Origin: Balanoglossus misakiensis
Lineage: Eukaryota > Animalia > Hemichordata
DNA length: 64,000 nucleotides
Assembly (NCBI GenBank): GCA_040954595.2
Contig: CM082586.2
Span: 6,851,337 to 6,915,336, forward strand
Direction: 5' to 3'
Shown here in pieces: positions 47,582 through 60,700 of the stretch. The notes beneath the pieces are model-generated. The model was given only the letters and a program-made list of their open reading frames with translations, had not been told where the DNA came from and did no database searches. The position numbers and the translations under genes were made by a program. Every line of letters starts with the position of its first letter. Within the stretch, counting starts at the first letter, position 1.

Positions 47582-50500
47582 AATGAAAAATACAGATATC
47601 ATCTGTTGAATTTTCTCATTATTATTGGAATCATCTTATTGCCGTTTAGTTTGATCAAAATGGATGACATCCCTGACCTTACCTGATTGGATCGTACGGC
47701 TCAGTGACCCCGGCAATCTTTTCCAGTGGACAGTGCATCAGAAAGATCGGGAGTAGAGCCATGGTTGCTACGGCAATCCCTATGCAGAGTCGAATAGTGG
47801 CCTTGACCTCCAGTTCAAACCGCTGGATAATCCAACCACCGAGAATCGCTCCACCGACTGCACCTGGGAGAGCTGTTACACCTGGTTGTAAAAAAGGGTA
47901 GCGAATGAAACGTGAAACCACTGTCTTGCAGAAAAATCACAACTCCAGCTTTCGACATGGAAGCATAAATGCAATTATTTTCACAAAATATGTATTCAAA
48001 AATAATATGAAGTCTTATTTTGCTAAGAATATATATGGAGTTGCCACTACAAGGAATTTTAATGTCATAAATCGCAATCATGATATCCGTACTTAAGGCC
48101 AGAATATCAAACAACCTACTGTACTAGCCATGATTCTACGATATGACGTCAGCTTTTTTCGGCGAAGGTCAGGACACGACACACTTGAAAATCTCACCTA
48201 CAATCATGGCACCCTGGGTCGACGTCAGAGCAAACTGGTTTTCCAAAAATTTGGGCATGAAGGGCGCCACCCCGGACAGCAGCAGATTTTGCGCGCATTG
48301 CGCAAGCGTCACGTGCATGTAGGCAGGGTTGCAGAGCAAGTATTTGGTAGCTGGGCCGAGGTCCTTCCAAGATTTCCCGAAGTCTGCCTTCGTTTTCATA
48401 AGATCACTGTCTTCGTTTTGGTGGGCTGTGGTTTTTCTTTCTATTTCGATCTCTGCCCTCGCTGGAGAACAAAAATATTGGCTATTTTAATACGAATTTC
48501 AAGTAGCGAGGAAATGCCCCCTCCCCATACACGTAATCAAAGCAGACGATAATTAAAAAAACTACCAACACAGTGCTACGTATATTTCACGAAGTGCCCA
48601 CGTCACACTCACAAAATGTCTACGTCACACACCAAAGTGCCTACGTCACACTCACTTGGTAATACTGGAGGGTAGGATCCGACGGGTATGGCCACTAACC
48701 ACGCCAATATCCATGCAATGAGAAAGCCAAGCCACCAGGCGCCAACCCAGGCCGGGTCTTCAGGTGTCAGATCCACACTTTATCAACGAGAGAAAAAAAA
48801 TGAAAGGAAAATGTCAGTGGGTTTGAAATGTCCAATATAATATTCCGCGCATTATCCAGGGCAGTAAATTTATCATATATTGATGGTGTGGGGTGCACGT
48901 GAGTGATATTGTGAAAGTCCTTGCATTATTACTGTTGCTTAGATGAACTAAAAGAATAATTGTTTTTTACTCACTTCTCCCAGTTGGCGATGTCCGTGTA
49001 AATGGACAGAAAAACCGCGCCAAGTATAAAACCAGTCACTGGTCCAAGTACTGCAAAGGCATTGGTAACACCTGTATGAAAAAGAAAAAAAAATGGAAAC
49101 AAAATCAGTCGTGGGATATTCTATGGAAATGTTCTTATGCATCAGTTATGTTCGTGGGATGGAGTCATATATAGGCCAGGGTTTTCCCGGCCCCTCAATT
49201 GTTTATAAATGTGTCCCGGGACGACCCACTTGCTTTATAGGGGAGAATACGTGGGTTATTAACTTGAACAATTTTGAATGCCTACGTGCGTGTTTTTTCG
49301 TGGGGTGGCGAGGGGCCAATTTTTCATCCTGACATTTATGCCTTGGACGCAACTCAACAATGACAGAAATTCGTGGACCAATCTATTTATTTAACCACGT
49401 AGGGAACACAATTATAGAAACAACTGGCAAACAAGCCATAAAGTACGACTCGTTGCTAAGACATAATGACGACTTTTTAAACACCCCTCCCCGGCGCGTG
49501 TTACGGCCCACGTAGCTTTTTCTTTGTCATAATTTCGGAACTGTCTATATCGGGACAAATGCTGAAACTTTGCAGCAAATATCTTGAATGTAATTAATCG
49601 CCAAAACTTGACTAACTACTCTGAAAGGAACATGCAAATGCAATGTGCTCATCTTGACGATTGCAGCACGTTAGCCTCACCCTTTCCGGACACCTGTGTC
49701 AATACTTAACGGTAGAGGCTCAAGATGGCATTACTGTCTTATATCATATTATTCTGCTAAGCGTCTTTGACCTGGTAATTTCTCTGATAATGACTGTTGG
49801 ACCCGTTTTGGTGTCAAGTTACTAAATTGCTAATATTTTCTTTACTAGTAGTCTAATTGAAGAGGGGCTTGTTTCTGTTTTTGTTCGAAGATAAAAAATA
49901 TTGCAATGGAATCTGTATTGTTAAATATTAATAGAGTATATTACATGCATGACTTTACGAGTATGATTTGCGACTGGCAGATAAATATGACAAATGCCAC
50001 TACGTAAAGGTCAGGCGAGATGTGAATTCGGATTTCCTTGCGGAATCATTCCTAAGTTAACTCAAATGAGATTCCACTCACCAACGTACCATCCCGAATC
50101 CTTCGTGGTGACGTTTTCGTCCACGAAGGCAAGTCCGATGTTGTAGATCGGCGACGCTCCGATGGCGATAACGACCTGCGCTGCCGCAAAGACGATGAAA
50201 TAGTAGGACAGCGACGTCCAATACTCGTCACAGTTTTCGTAGTAGGTGTAGTTGCCGTGGAGACGACACAGCGGCTCGTAGACATCCGCTAAATCTCCTG
50301 CCGCGTAGTAACCGGTCGTAAAATGCGGCAGCGTCCACATGAAGAATCCCAGCCCCAAGATGACGGCCCCGATGGCCAACAATCTCGGTTTATTCCGAGT
50401 AGCACCGAAGTAGGAGACGAAAGGAAGCAATATGAGCTGGGTTATGTCGTACACACTGAGTATGAGACCCGTGGCCACACTGGGTAGCTGGAAGCGTGTC

Positions 50501-50871
50501 TCGATGGACGTCAGACTCGTGTAGGCAAACCCGCTCACAACCATGCCCTGAACGAACATCAGAAGCGAAATCGTCAGAGCCAGCCATGGCGGAGTGTTGA
50601 ACCACTGCAGCCAGTTCGGGCGAATGCTGAACCACCCGCACAGCATTGACGGATCCGCCGCGCCGTCATCCGACCCAGATGCTTGGGTCGCGATCCAATC
50701 AATAGTTCCCGGATCGGTGTCTTTCTCTGTTTTTTCAGCGGTCTCTGTCTGACCGGTCGGTTGGCCGTTGGCATCATCGTTGTTCTCGGTTGTCGCTTGG
50801 ACATCTACAACATCGCTTTTGTCGGTGGATGGTTGGTCGTTTACAGCAACACTTTTGTCGTTTGTATCCAT
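45757..50871 (-). CDS. SLCO4-like organic anion transporting polypeptide (gene D; 739 aa, 9 coding exons)
   Basis: Exons (minus) 50871-50082, 49071-48975, 48777-48656, 48461-48198, 47881-47683, 47365-47215, 46836-46661, 46501-46437, 46112-45757; total 2220 nt in frame; OATP signature and Kazal-like loop present. Confidence 0.92.
47431..47580. repeat. (AGAC)n/(AAAC)n simple repeat
   Basis: Visible cagacaga and caaacaaa runs in a gene D intron. Confidence 0.92.
48571..48655. repeat. Four-unit ~21-22 bp minisatellite abutting a splice donor (gene D)
   Basis: tgc(c/t)-acg cores at 48574, 48595, 48617, 48638. Confidence 0.8.
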
Positions 50872-53082
50872 GATGATGACCAGTTTCTGCAGCTCAAGAC
50901 TTTTTTCTGTCTAACACTTTCTCTTTTCAAAACAACTTCTTGTTGTGCCTCGTGGTCTCAAACCGACCGCACACTCCACTTCTTTTATTGAAAATGAAAG
51001 AAAATTATTCAACAATTTAATATTAACCAATATTAGGCAATATCTCATTTGGCTCACAGCCAGGAAGCCTACATCCGGGATGCGTGACAGGACATAACTC
51101 AAAAACCAGGACATCGTTCCAGTTTGAATTAATGTTCTCATCTAAATTTTAAGAAAATCTAAAACACCCATGGTATTTTCACGGTTTTGGCAATTGCGTT
51201 CAGTTTAGTTAGCGGTCGGAGCAGATTATATCTCTTTGAAAAATATTTTGCGGTGACAACTTCATTTTTTTTGCTGCCCCCTGGTTTGATATTGGCGGGA
51301 GACCGACCACGTCCAGAATGCGAGATATGCAAATATAGAGTTATCTGTCGCACCTGTGTGACCACATATCCGCCTGGAGTCGAAATATTCCACTCGCCAG
51401 ATGTGAAAGAAGCATACACATGCACCATCGGTGGTGTTGGTGATGTTTGGTGCCTCAGGAAAACAGCACGGACGTACATCAGCGATTAGAAGGTAAGCCT
51501 GTAACACCCGTCACCGATAGGTAGCCATTGAAAATTTGGGATGCAGCACATCTACACCAAATTGAATCCGGGTTGTGGCCCAGGGGGTGGGGCATGCCAC
51601 CGACCAAACGCGGGCATTACTAATTAAATGGGGTTATCGTCCTTTGCTTTACCCTTCTTATTATTCAAATGAGGTCCAAGGTCTGCATTTTGGGATCGTT
51701 ACTGATTCTTTACACGTTCTGCAAATTGGTCAAAGGTTTAGTTATCTAAAAAGTAGGGCAAAAATTCGTGGTACATAGATAAACGTACCTCATCGTCTAC
51801 AAATTTATCGAAAGATCATTGGCCAAAAGTCTACACTGCGGAAATGAAGTGACTTTGACTATACACATGGTGAAAACATAGACTACCAAATTTTTGCCAT
51901 CGTTATATTTTTTTTTTTTTTCATTTTTTTTTTTTGCCTCGAGTTGGTAAGGACTGTGTTATAACTTACTGTCGCCAGGAAACGGAGTGTTTATCAAAAT
52001 TGTCCAGTGCATCGCTGCTGTCTATTTGCAGTTCAACATGCAGACTAAAGGTCACAAAGGTTGATACCTCAATATATCATATCAACTTCTCCCTTGGAAG
52101 CTTATTGTTCGTCTTCTATCAAAACATCCAAATGATTACAACATATCGCCATTTGTTTTAATTAATCAAGCTTTCTGTCACATTATGCAATTCTTGAAGC
52201 GTTTGATAATATCCCTGGGTTTGATGTGACCTGAATACCTTTGTGATTATTCATTCCTGTCACGTGTGTACAGTGTATGTATGAATGTGTGCGTGTTACT
52301 AAATACACATGCATTTTACGAGAATTCGTTATTTTGAGTGGTGCGCTAGTTAAGTACAGTTTAATCTTTGTAAAGTATAGTACACAAATCTTACTCATTA
52401 ACACATAGGCTCGTAAGACTATAGCAGTTGCAGTAAATTGACGCGATACGTGTACTGTTCTTAAACTGTTGTAAGGTGAATTTTGCCGAATGAGGTCCAC
52501 CATTTTTTATAAGTTGTCAGTGAAGTTCGTCGTGGGACGATATATGATCTGTTGCAATCTTCAACCAAATGCGCGGTGACAAGTTCTATTACAGATAATG
52601 GCGGAACAGCAAAACATAGAAACGTAAATGTGGTAACATTTTAACGCGATTGAAAATGTATACATGTATATGGTTATTGGCAAAATACGGTCATGTACAA
52701 TACGTCTTCTATACATGGCCGTATTTTGTGTATTAACCCTATTTTTATACACCTTCATGCATTAAACGTTCATTTTCCGTCATTGTGCTAAAATTTTAAG
52801 AGCGAAGGGCCCCTACGCTATGAAACAAAAGCAGGCGAGAACAAAATAAAATTGTTGCAAAATTATGCAAAACATTTCGGTGTCCAGCAAGTACTAGAAC
52901 GGTTCAGTCATACAATACACGAGAATACGTGTATGAACGCGTAATATTTCCGTATTGAGACTCCGCGTACTGTATACAAATACGGGAACGTAATGATAGA
53001 AAGCCACAAGGTTGTGGTAGTAGGTGTGTGCGCGTGCGCGTGCACGAACAAGCTAGCTCTACCAGTCGCGCAAGATAGGGTT

Positions 53083-56000
53083 TCATATTATGACATTTAC
53101 TTCATCCGGGTCCTTCTTGGTGTACCCTAGCAACGACACTTCGCTTCTCCCTCGGTGTACAATTGCATCGAGTTGGTCCTGGGACATGGTCTTGGAGGTA
53201 ATCTGCGGCATTTCGTCCATTTCTGACGACGTCGGGTCGGCGTCGCCGTCTTTCTCCGGCGGCGGTTTGTAGAAAATGTAGGCCATCACGAAGAAGAAGG
53301 TGGTGATCCCCATGAAGATCTCGCCAGTGACGAAAAACTTCATGCCGAACTGGAAATTGTCGTAGATCCAACAGGTACCGCGCGAGTCGCACGTGACCTG
53401 CCAGACGATGCACGAACTGTCGATTATGAGACCAAATATTATTGGTCCGGGAACGGAACCTGAAAATTAACACGGACGCATATAACAACGAATTAGTTTG
53501 TTTGGAATTCCTTCATTAGAACTATCAAGACACACTTTTTAAATCACATGTACTCACCGAAAAGTTTGTTGAATATACTGGACACCCCCAATGCGTACGA
53601 TCGTTGGCCGTCCACCACCGCCCTAAAACGGAACATATGAAATTGATGTATGATTGTGACATCTACAATAAGTATTCTTACTATAGGTCCAGATCTATCA
53701 GCAGAAATATTCTAATGTTTGTTTAATGTTACTCACAATAAAAGCACGTAACCGTTTTATAGTATTCCATCCTAACCAGGTTACGGGATACTTTGATGTT
53801 TTCCCTGATCAACATGGTAATCTCTGGTACACGCAATTCAGCTTATGGGTGACGTGGATGTCTTGAATAGACATGCGCATAGTGTATCTCAGGGGGGAGG
53901 GGGGGGGCTTACCTGAGAGTTAGGTATTTATATGGCGTCAAAATGGTAAACCCTAGCAGCATCATGATAAATAGGAGAATGACAAAGACGATAAGCTGCC
54001 AACAGTCGACGGGGCACTTTCCGGCCACAGCTTCCGGCTCCGACATTGATGAATTCGTAAAGATACACGAACAGTTGTAGTAATTCTGAAAATTAATAAG
54101 ATGTAAAATTTTTATATCGTGCTTTACGCTCCCAACTGGTGAAACATACCACCCCAAGTAAAAAAATCAAACAAACCAGGAAAGCTCCATTAAAAGCGTA
54201 CAGCGTTTGAGCAATTTCTTGTGCGATACGAATAAACCATTAGACGTTACCTCTTGATCGGGCGTACTTTTACAACCGGCATAGCAAGCATCGAAGTAGA
54301 CCAGGTCCGTGGTGCCGCAAAGGGGTGTGTACTGCAGTGCTTCTGCGCAGTGGCAGTCTGCGTTGCAAGGGTGGGACAAGTTGACTTCTTCCAGTCCAGT
54401 GCTGTTCGGTTGTCATGCAGAGAGAAATCGGTCGAATTTTGACGTGAGTGACACTCAGGTAGAACAGACAGAATGCTACTTACTAATGGAAATCATTCGG
54501 TAGGATTGCCTATCATCTTTTCAATGTTCCATTATTATTGGCAAACATCTTATTGTCCTATATAGAGTTAAACCTGTGTTAGTGGCCACCTCTGTATAGT
54601 GGCCATTTTGTTACAGTCCCTGTGTAATTTACATGTGCATTAATAGACCTGTGTCTATAAAGGATGCCTCTCTATAAAGGCCACTTTAGGAAAGTCCCTT
54701 GACTGGCCACTATTTACAGGTTCCAGTGTAGTTTGAACGGAATGGGTGACATCCCTGAATGACCTTACCTGATAGGGTCGTAGGGCTCAGTGACTCCGGC
54801 AATCCTTTCCAGTGGACAGTGCATCAGAAAGATTGGAAGCATAGCCATGGTCAGGAGAGCAATCACGATGCAGAATCGAATGGTGGATTTGACCCCGAGG
54901 TCGAACCGCTGGATGATCCAGCCGCCAAGAACGGTTCCACCGACAGCACCCGGGAGAGCGGTCACACCTGCCGATAAAACCGTAAGAAAAATTCACTGTC
55001 ATCAGTGAAGCCGGTTTCATGACCAATATGGGTTACAAGACTGCAGCGTATAAAAATATAATCGTCCTTGCGACCTTCATATGACATTGAACGAAATATG
55101 AAATTCCAGGGACGCAAGCTGACGTATTTTCTTTAAATAGAGAATGCTATGTAAGCGCTTCTTGTGTCTTGACTCCTAATGTACAGTGGGGGCCAGAAAT
55201 ACAGAAACCTGTTGAATCAGACGTGACTGTACTAATGAAAACAGTTTGAGGAGAAGGTCAGTGCAAAGGTCAACCACGAGGTCGTCACAGGTTCAAATCT
55301 ACCCACCTACAATCATGGCACCCTGGGTCGACGTCAGAGCAAACTGGTTTTCCAAAAATTTGGGCATGAAGGGCGCCACGCCGGACAGCAGCAGATTTTG
55401 CGCGCACTGCGCAAGCGTCACGTGCATGTAGGCAGGGTTACAGAGCAAGTATTTGGTAGATGGGCCGAGGTCCTTCCAAGATTTACCAAATTCTGCCTTC
55501 GTTTTCATAAGATCACTGTCTTTGTTTTGATGAGCTGTTGTTTTCCTTTCTTCTTCGATCTTTTCCCTCGCTGAAAAACGAACAGAGTGAAAACTTTAGA
55601 TTATTTTAAGCTCATTGCAAGATCTCGCGAATCTTGGCTGCCCAAATAATACAAGTCAAGCATTGATTGCATAAAACTAAAAAAGATGCAGAATTTAAAA
55701 AACAATTGTAACTGCCGTGCCATATAAACTACATGTACCTGCAACGCGAGATCTCACAGGGTCTCGTGAATTTCGGACAATGGTCTATTACAGTGGGTTT
55801 TATGCAAATGTATGTATCCATGTTTTATATACAAAATATCATCGTCTCTTTTAAGACCATGTACACAATGAGAATGATATCAGCATCGCTGATAGCATAC
55901 AGAGGTCATATCAGGTGAGGTTTTATTTATCACTAACATCTCCACCAATTTTTAACTAGCGTCATGTCCGTCTGCGTACGAAGCTACCGAATAATATTTA

Positions 56001-57753
56001 ACCGAATAATTTATTAAACTGCAATAATTCATTTGTTAGCCTATGACTACTTGACCCCAACGAGGTCAATGTTCGTACTGAAATAATTTGCTCTCGTGTC
56101 ATATTTTCGGAATACACATCAAGTTTAGAAGAGTATTTATGTATTTATGAATCAGTGTCTGAATAGACATTGTACTTTGCCGGTTCTTGATACAGATATC
56201 TACGAATTAATATGAGACGAGAGTTTTAGTTTGACCTTTGCCAGGTCAACATGAAGGTAAAGACAACAGACTGCAATAAATGATGACGTTATCAGATCAC
56301 GATGAACTCTTCTCCGCGTCTCGCCATGAACCAACACAGCTGATCACTCGTGTCACACAAAATGCCTGCGTTTACTTCACAAAGTGCCTACGTTTATCCC
56401 ACAGAGTGCCTACGTTTATTTCACAAATTGCCTACGTCACACTCACTTGGTAATACTGGAGGGTAGGATCCGACGGGTATGGCCACTAACCACGCCAATA
56501 CCCATGCAATGAGAAAGCCAAGCCACCAGGCGCCAACCCAGGCCGGGTCTTCGGGTGTCAGATCCACACTTTATCAAAAAGAGAAAGAAGAAATGCAGGA
56601 AAATGTAAACGGGGTTGCTTTAGAAGACTTGAAATGTCCAATAAGATATCTCTCGCGCAGATGAAACGTTCCTTGCCAAGGATATTGTAGATACTGTATA
56701 TACGAAAGTGAAATATCATATCTGTGGGTTCAAGTTTTTACTCACTTCTCCCAGTTGGCGATGTCCGTGTAGATGGACAGAAACACCGCGCCAAGGATGA
56801 AACCGGTGACTGGTCCAAGCACTGCAAAGGCGTGAGTCACTCCTGTAACACAACAAGATAAAGATTTGTTGAAAGGGGTACATGTAGTCTGTCAGAGATT
56901 GGGGATTAGTTACAAATCAACTTATAGCGAGTGATAATTTTATAAAAGAGAAAAGGAACGTATATTTGATAAAATTTCACTCACCAACATACCATCCCGA
57001 GTCCTTCGTGGTGACGTTTTCGTCCACGAAGGCAAGTCCGATGTTGTAGATCGGCGACGCTCCGATGGCGACGACGACCTGCGCTGCCGCAAAGAGGATA
57101 AAATAGTAAGACAGCGACGTCCAGTACTCGTCACAGTTTTCGTAGTAAGTGTAGTTGCCGTCGAGACGACACATCGGCTCGTAGACATCCGCTACTTCCC
57201 CGGCCGCGTAGTAACCGGTCGTAAAATGTGGCAGCGTCCACATGAAAAATCCAAGCCCCAATATGACGGCCCCTATGGCCAACACTCTTGGTTTATTCCG
57301 AGTAGCACCGAAGTAGGAGACGAAAGGAAGCAATATGAGCTGGGTTAGGTCGTATACACTGAGTATGAGACCCGTGGCCACACTGGGTAGCTGGAAGCGC
57401 GTCTCGATGGACGTCAAACTCGTGTAGGCAAACCCGCTCACCACCATGCCCTGAACGAACATCAGAAGCGAAATCGTCAGAGCCAGCCATGGCGGAGTGT
57501 TGAACCACTGCAGCCAGTTCGGGCGAATGCTGAACCATCCGCACAGCATTGACGGATCCGCCGCGCCGTCATCCGACCCCGATGCTTGGGTCGCGATCCA
57601 ATCGATAGTTCCCGGATCGGTGTCTTTCTCTGGTTTTTCAGCGGCCGGTTGGCCGTTGGCAACATCGTTTTTCTCGGTCGTCGGTTGGGCGTCAACGACG
57701 TCGCTTTCATCGCTCACCGGGTTTCCGTTTGCACTCTTATCGTTCGATTCCAT
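53083..57753 (-). CDS. SLCO4-like organic anion transporting polypeptide (gene E; 738 aa, 9 coding exons), close duplicate of gene D
   Basis: Exons (minus) 57753-56985, 56842-56746, 56568-56447, 55570-55307, 54967-54769, 54401-54251, 54085-53913, 53622-53558, 53459-53083; total 2217 nt in frame; long stretches nearly identical to gene D. Confidence 0.92.
54565..54728 (-). mobile_element. Tc1/mariner-type MITE copy 2
   Basis: Reverse complement of 30529-30673 (aaacctgtgttagtggccacctct...cttgactggccactat); ta flanks. Confidence 0.78.
56359..56446. repeat. Four-unit 22 bp minisatellite abutting the homologous splice donor (gene E)
   Basis: tgcct cores at 56363, 56385, 56407, 56429. Confidence 0.82.
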
Positions 57754-60700
57754 GACCGACTGTACCAGCTTTCAGTTTGCCGCGTCTCAATACAACTGTA
57801 AATAACTGTCTTTCTGTAAATAATTCTGTTTACACTAGGCTCGTAGTTTTGAACCGACGTCGTACGCCCTTACGCGTTACTCATCTTCCTGAAAATAAGA
57901 GACGTGTTTAAATAGTGCAATATTAACCAACGACCTTATGTCACACCCGTTCCAACCACCAAGTGGTTCTATGATCCATCACGCTATCTCGCGGAAATCA
58001 AGAAGAATATTTCATAGCTTTCATGATATTATGCACTCATACTGAGGGAAAACAGCAAAGAGCAGTGTCACCTCGTGTTTAATGACAAAGCATCGCTCTG
58101 TAAATAATCGCCATTTTGTTACTGATACGTGAAGCTTTAAACATGGTGAGATTTTTTGTCCTGCTGAAAATGTTTCATGATAACCTCTACGTTACTAAAA
58201 ATGGGAGAAATGATGGCGCTTTGTGGTACAACGGTACGGTGAAGTCGATAGCGGAAGTGGATTTGTCAGAGTGATATAACACTAAAAGCAATATCTGAAG
58301 ATGTCCTCCCAAAAACAAGAGAGCTGTCTTAAAAAAGAGTCCACAGATTGACATAATAGTGAACACTGTGTACGAACCTCACAATTCAGAGTCAAACTCC
58401 CAAGTTATATCCACGACAGCGGCCAAAGCGTACGACAGTCTCAATGATTGTCCTCAGATGCCCTTGTTGAGTTATCTTAAGGCGGGGACGATTTCGGATA
58501 TAACCGTGCGTGTACAACAGGATGTACTTTGTACCTTATCCCTCTATGGCTATATGACAGATGTGTCGCCCCGCAACCAGATAATTCATCGAAATGATTA
58601 ATTTCTGGCCATGAAGACAAAATATGTCGTCATCAACATAGAATCTGAACTTTGTGTCTATGTGAGTTTACCTATCCACCCTGCCCATACCGACCCAAAT
58701 ATTAAATATTAATAGTTTTATGATTGAGTTTTAACAGAAAAGGGCGGCAGAATCTGACAACCAACCGCAAGGTTCACTCGATATACTCGTACAGGGCTCA
58801 TAATATCGTGCCAATTTACAGGTATCGCCAATTCCTGACTGGAATTTACACTTTAACATGTCAAGGTTGTATAAACTTGTTGTCCAAGGTTGGACCCGTT
58901 TGAATGAATGGGGGAATATCAGTGAGACATTGTCTACATTGTCATAGTGTTATCGTGGTTGACGATCAAAGAGTCGCCGAAATTAGAAGTTTAAATCCAT
59001 GATCATTACTTTGAGTTCGATTTCGATGGAGTTTAGTAATTAATTTTACTACGAAAATAAAAGGTTCGCTGCAACGAGCATAAGCCCACATTCGGACTGG
59101 GAGATATGTTAGTATAAGGCAAATACACAACTGATCTTATACAATGTATTGAAATTGTTACTGAATAAAGGAACTACACTGAGATTTTGATAAACTATCG
59201 CACAACTGAACAATGCTCATAATCGCGCGACCGGTGTGGGAGTTCCAGAAGATGAGATGACGTCATCCTTGACGATCAGGTCGTTGCTGGCTACATGATC
59301 AAATAGTTGCTGAATGAATCGCTAGCAATAAATCAATGATTAAATTATTGAGATAACATGGGTGTATCGTAGCTGTGTGTGTGTGTCTGTTAGATTTATA
59401 GAAACGAATATGTCGACAATTACGAGAGACGTAACTATTTACAGAGCTAATAATATGACAGTTATTATTCTGATGACTAAAAGTTTGCAAAACAGTTGGC
59501 TTACCTTGATCAAGCTGACAGACGAGAACTTGAATTTTCTTTCGATGGTCTGCAATGTAAAATTGAAACGTAAGAATGCTGAAAAAATCACCTCATCTCT
59601 TTCTGTTTGTCAATGTGTGACACGACTCACCCGGCACCGTGGGTTAAACATTATCTACACGGCGCTTATAGATAAAACCATCAACAACAGGAGTTCAAGC
59701 AAGTTGAACTCTCACGGCGCCGTTCGGTTTAGTTATATACATGTATACTCTGCTTCTCTGGATAAGGCAGTTTTGGGTCGCACTCATCTTTTTTCACGTT
59801 TGGCTTTGATCAAGATCCAACATGAATAACTCTATAGACATAATACACTCGAGGCAGTTTAAAGCCCCAGTAACTCTAACTTCGGTATCTGTTTAATTAT
59901 GTAAAATACCAGTTTTAAGGAATCCTCAACACACTGCATCGGTGTTATGTTGTCTTTCATGTATCACAATCAAAGTCATCTCAAACTGTGCGACTCGTTC
60001 AATCATTTTTCAGCATACAAAACAAAACTATAACCAAAGTTTCTGGCGACTTTTCGACCGTGTTCACCACAAGATGGCGCTGTAGTACAGAATACATGGA
60101 ATATTACCGTCGCCAACACTTGCATGAAAGGCGTTTGTTCAGAATTTTTACAGATCGATAAGTTTCCTCGATCCTATAAAGATGTGATAATTCTTGTTGT
60201 GTCGAAGGTATTCAAGTTGGGCGTGCTCGCCGATGTCTATCCACAAGACAAGACCATTCCTCGCTTTAGCCACCAATAAATCATGGAAAACCCTTTTCGA
60301 CCAAAATTCCACCGCTTAATCCAGGACATATACACCCTTTCCGCGATGAGTCCTCAACAGACCAAAGATCATCGACCACTGCCCTTTTGAATTACTAGAA
60401 CAAACAGAGGATATTCTACTCGTCCGTCCTATCACACACTGTGCATTCGGAACATTAACCTCGTTTCGGAAAACAGTGTTGACAAATAGAACAATTTATC
60501 TTCAAATGTGATAAGGCAGTCGTGTGACCGGGTTTAATTCATAGTGGACCAGAATCTGCATGTATCAAGTCCCCGTGCCTTGTTCATCCCTGTCAATGAA
60601 AGTACAGCTTGGTCCAAACGCACCCAGGACCACGTAGAATACCCCCGCGGGAAGTGGTCATTACACAGCAGTGAACGACAGCAGGTATTTTTTTCTCTCT

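Noticed and set aside
48571-56446. Short repeat arrays as CRISPR-like arrays
   Set aside because: Eukaryotic intronic minisatellites without unique spacers or cas genes.
30711-57753. Possibility that some SLCO paralogues are pseudogenes
   Set aside because: All four have canonical GT-AG junctions, consistent phases and total lengths divisible by three; I saw no internal stops.
59362-59829. 155-aa ORF between genes E and F
   Set aside because: Non-ATG start, no domain or coding-like composition; more likely promoter or UTR sequence.
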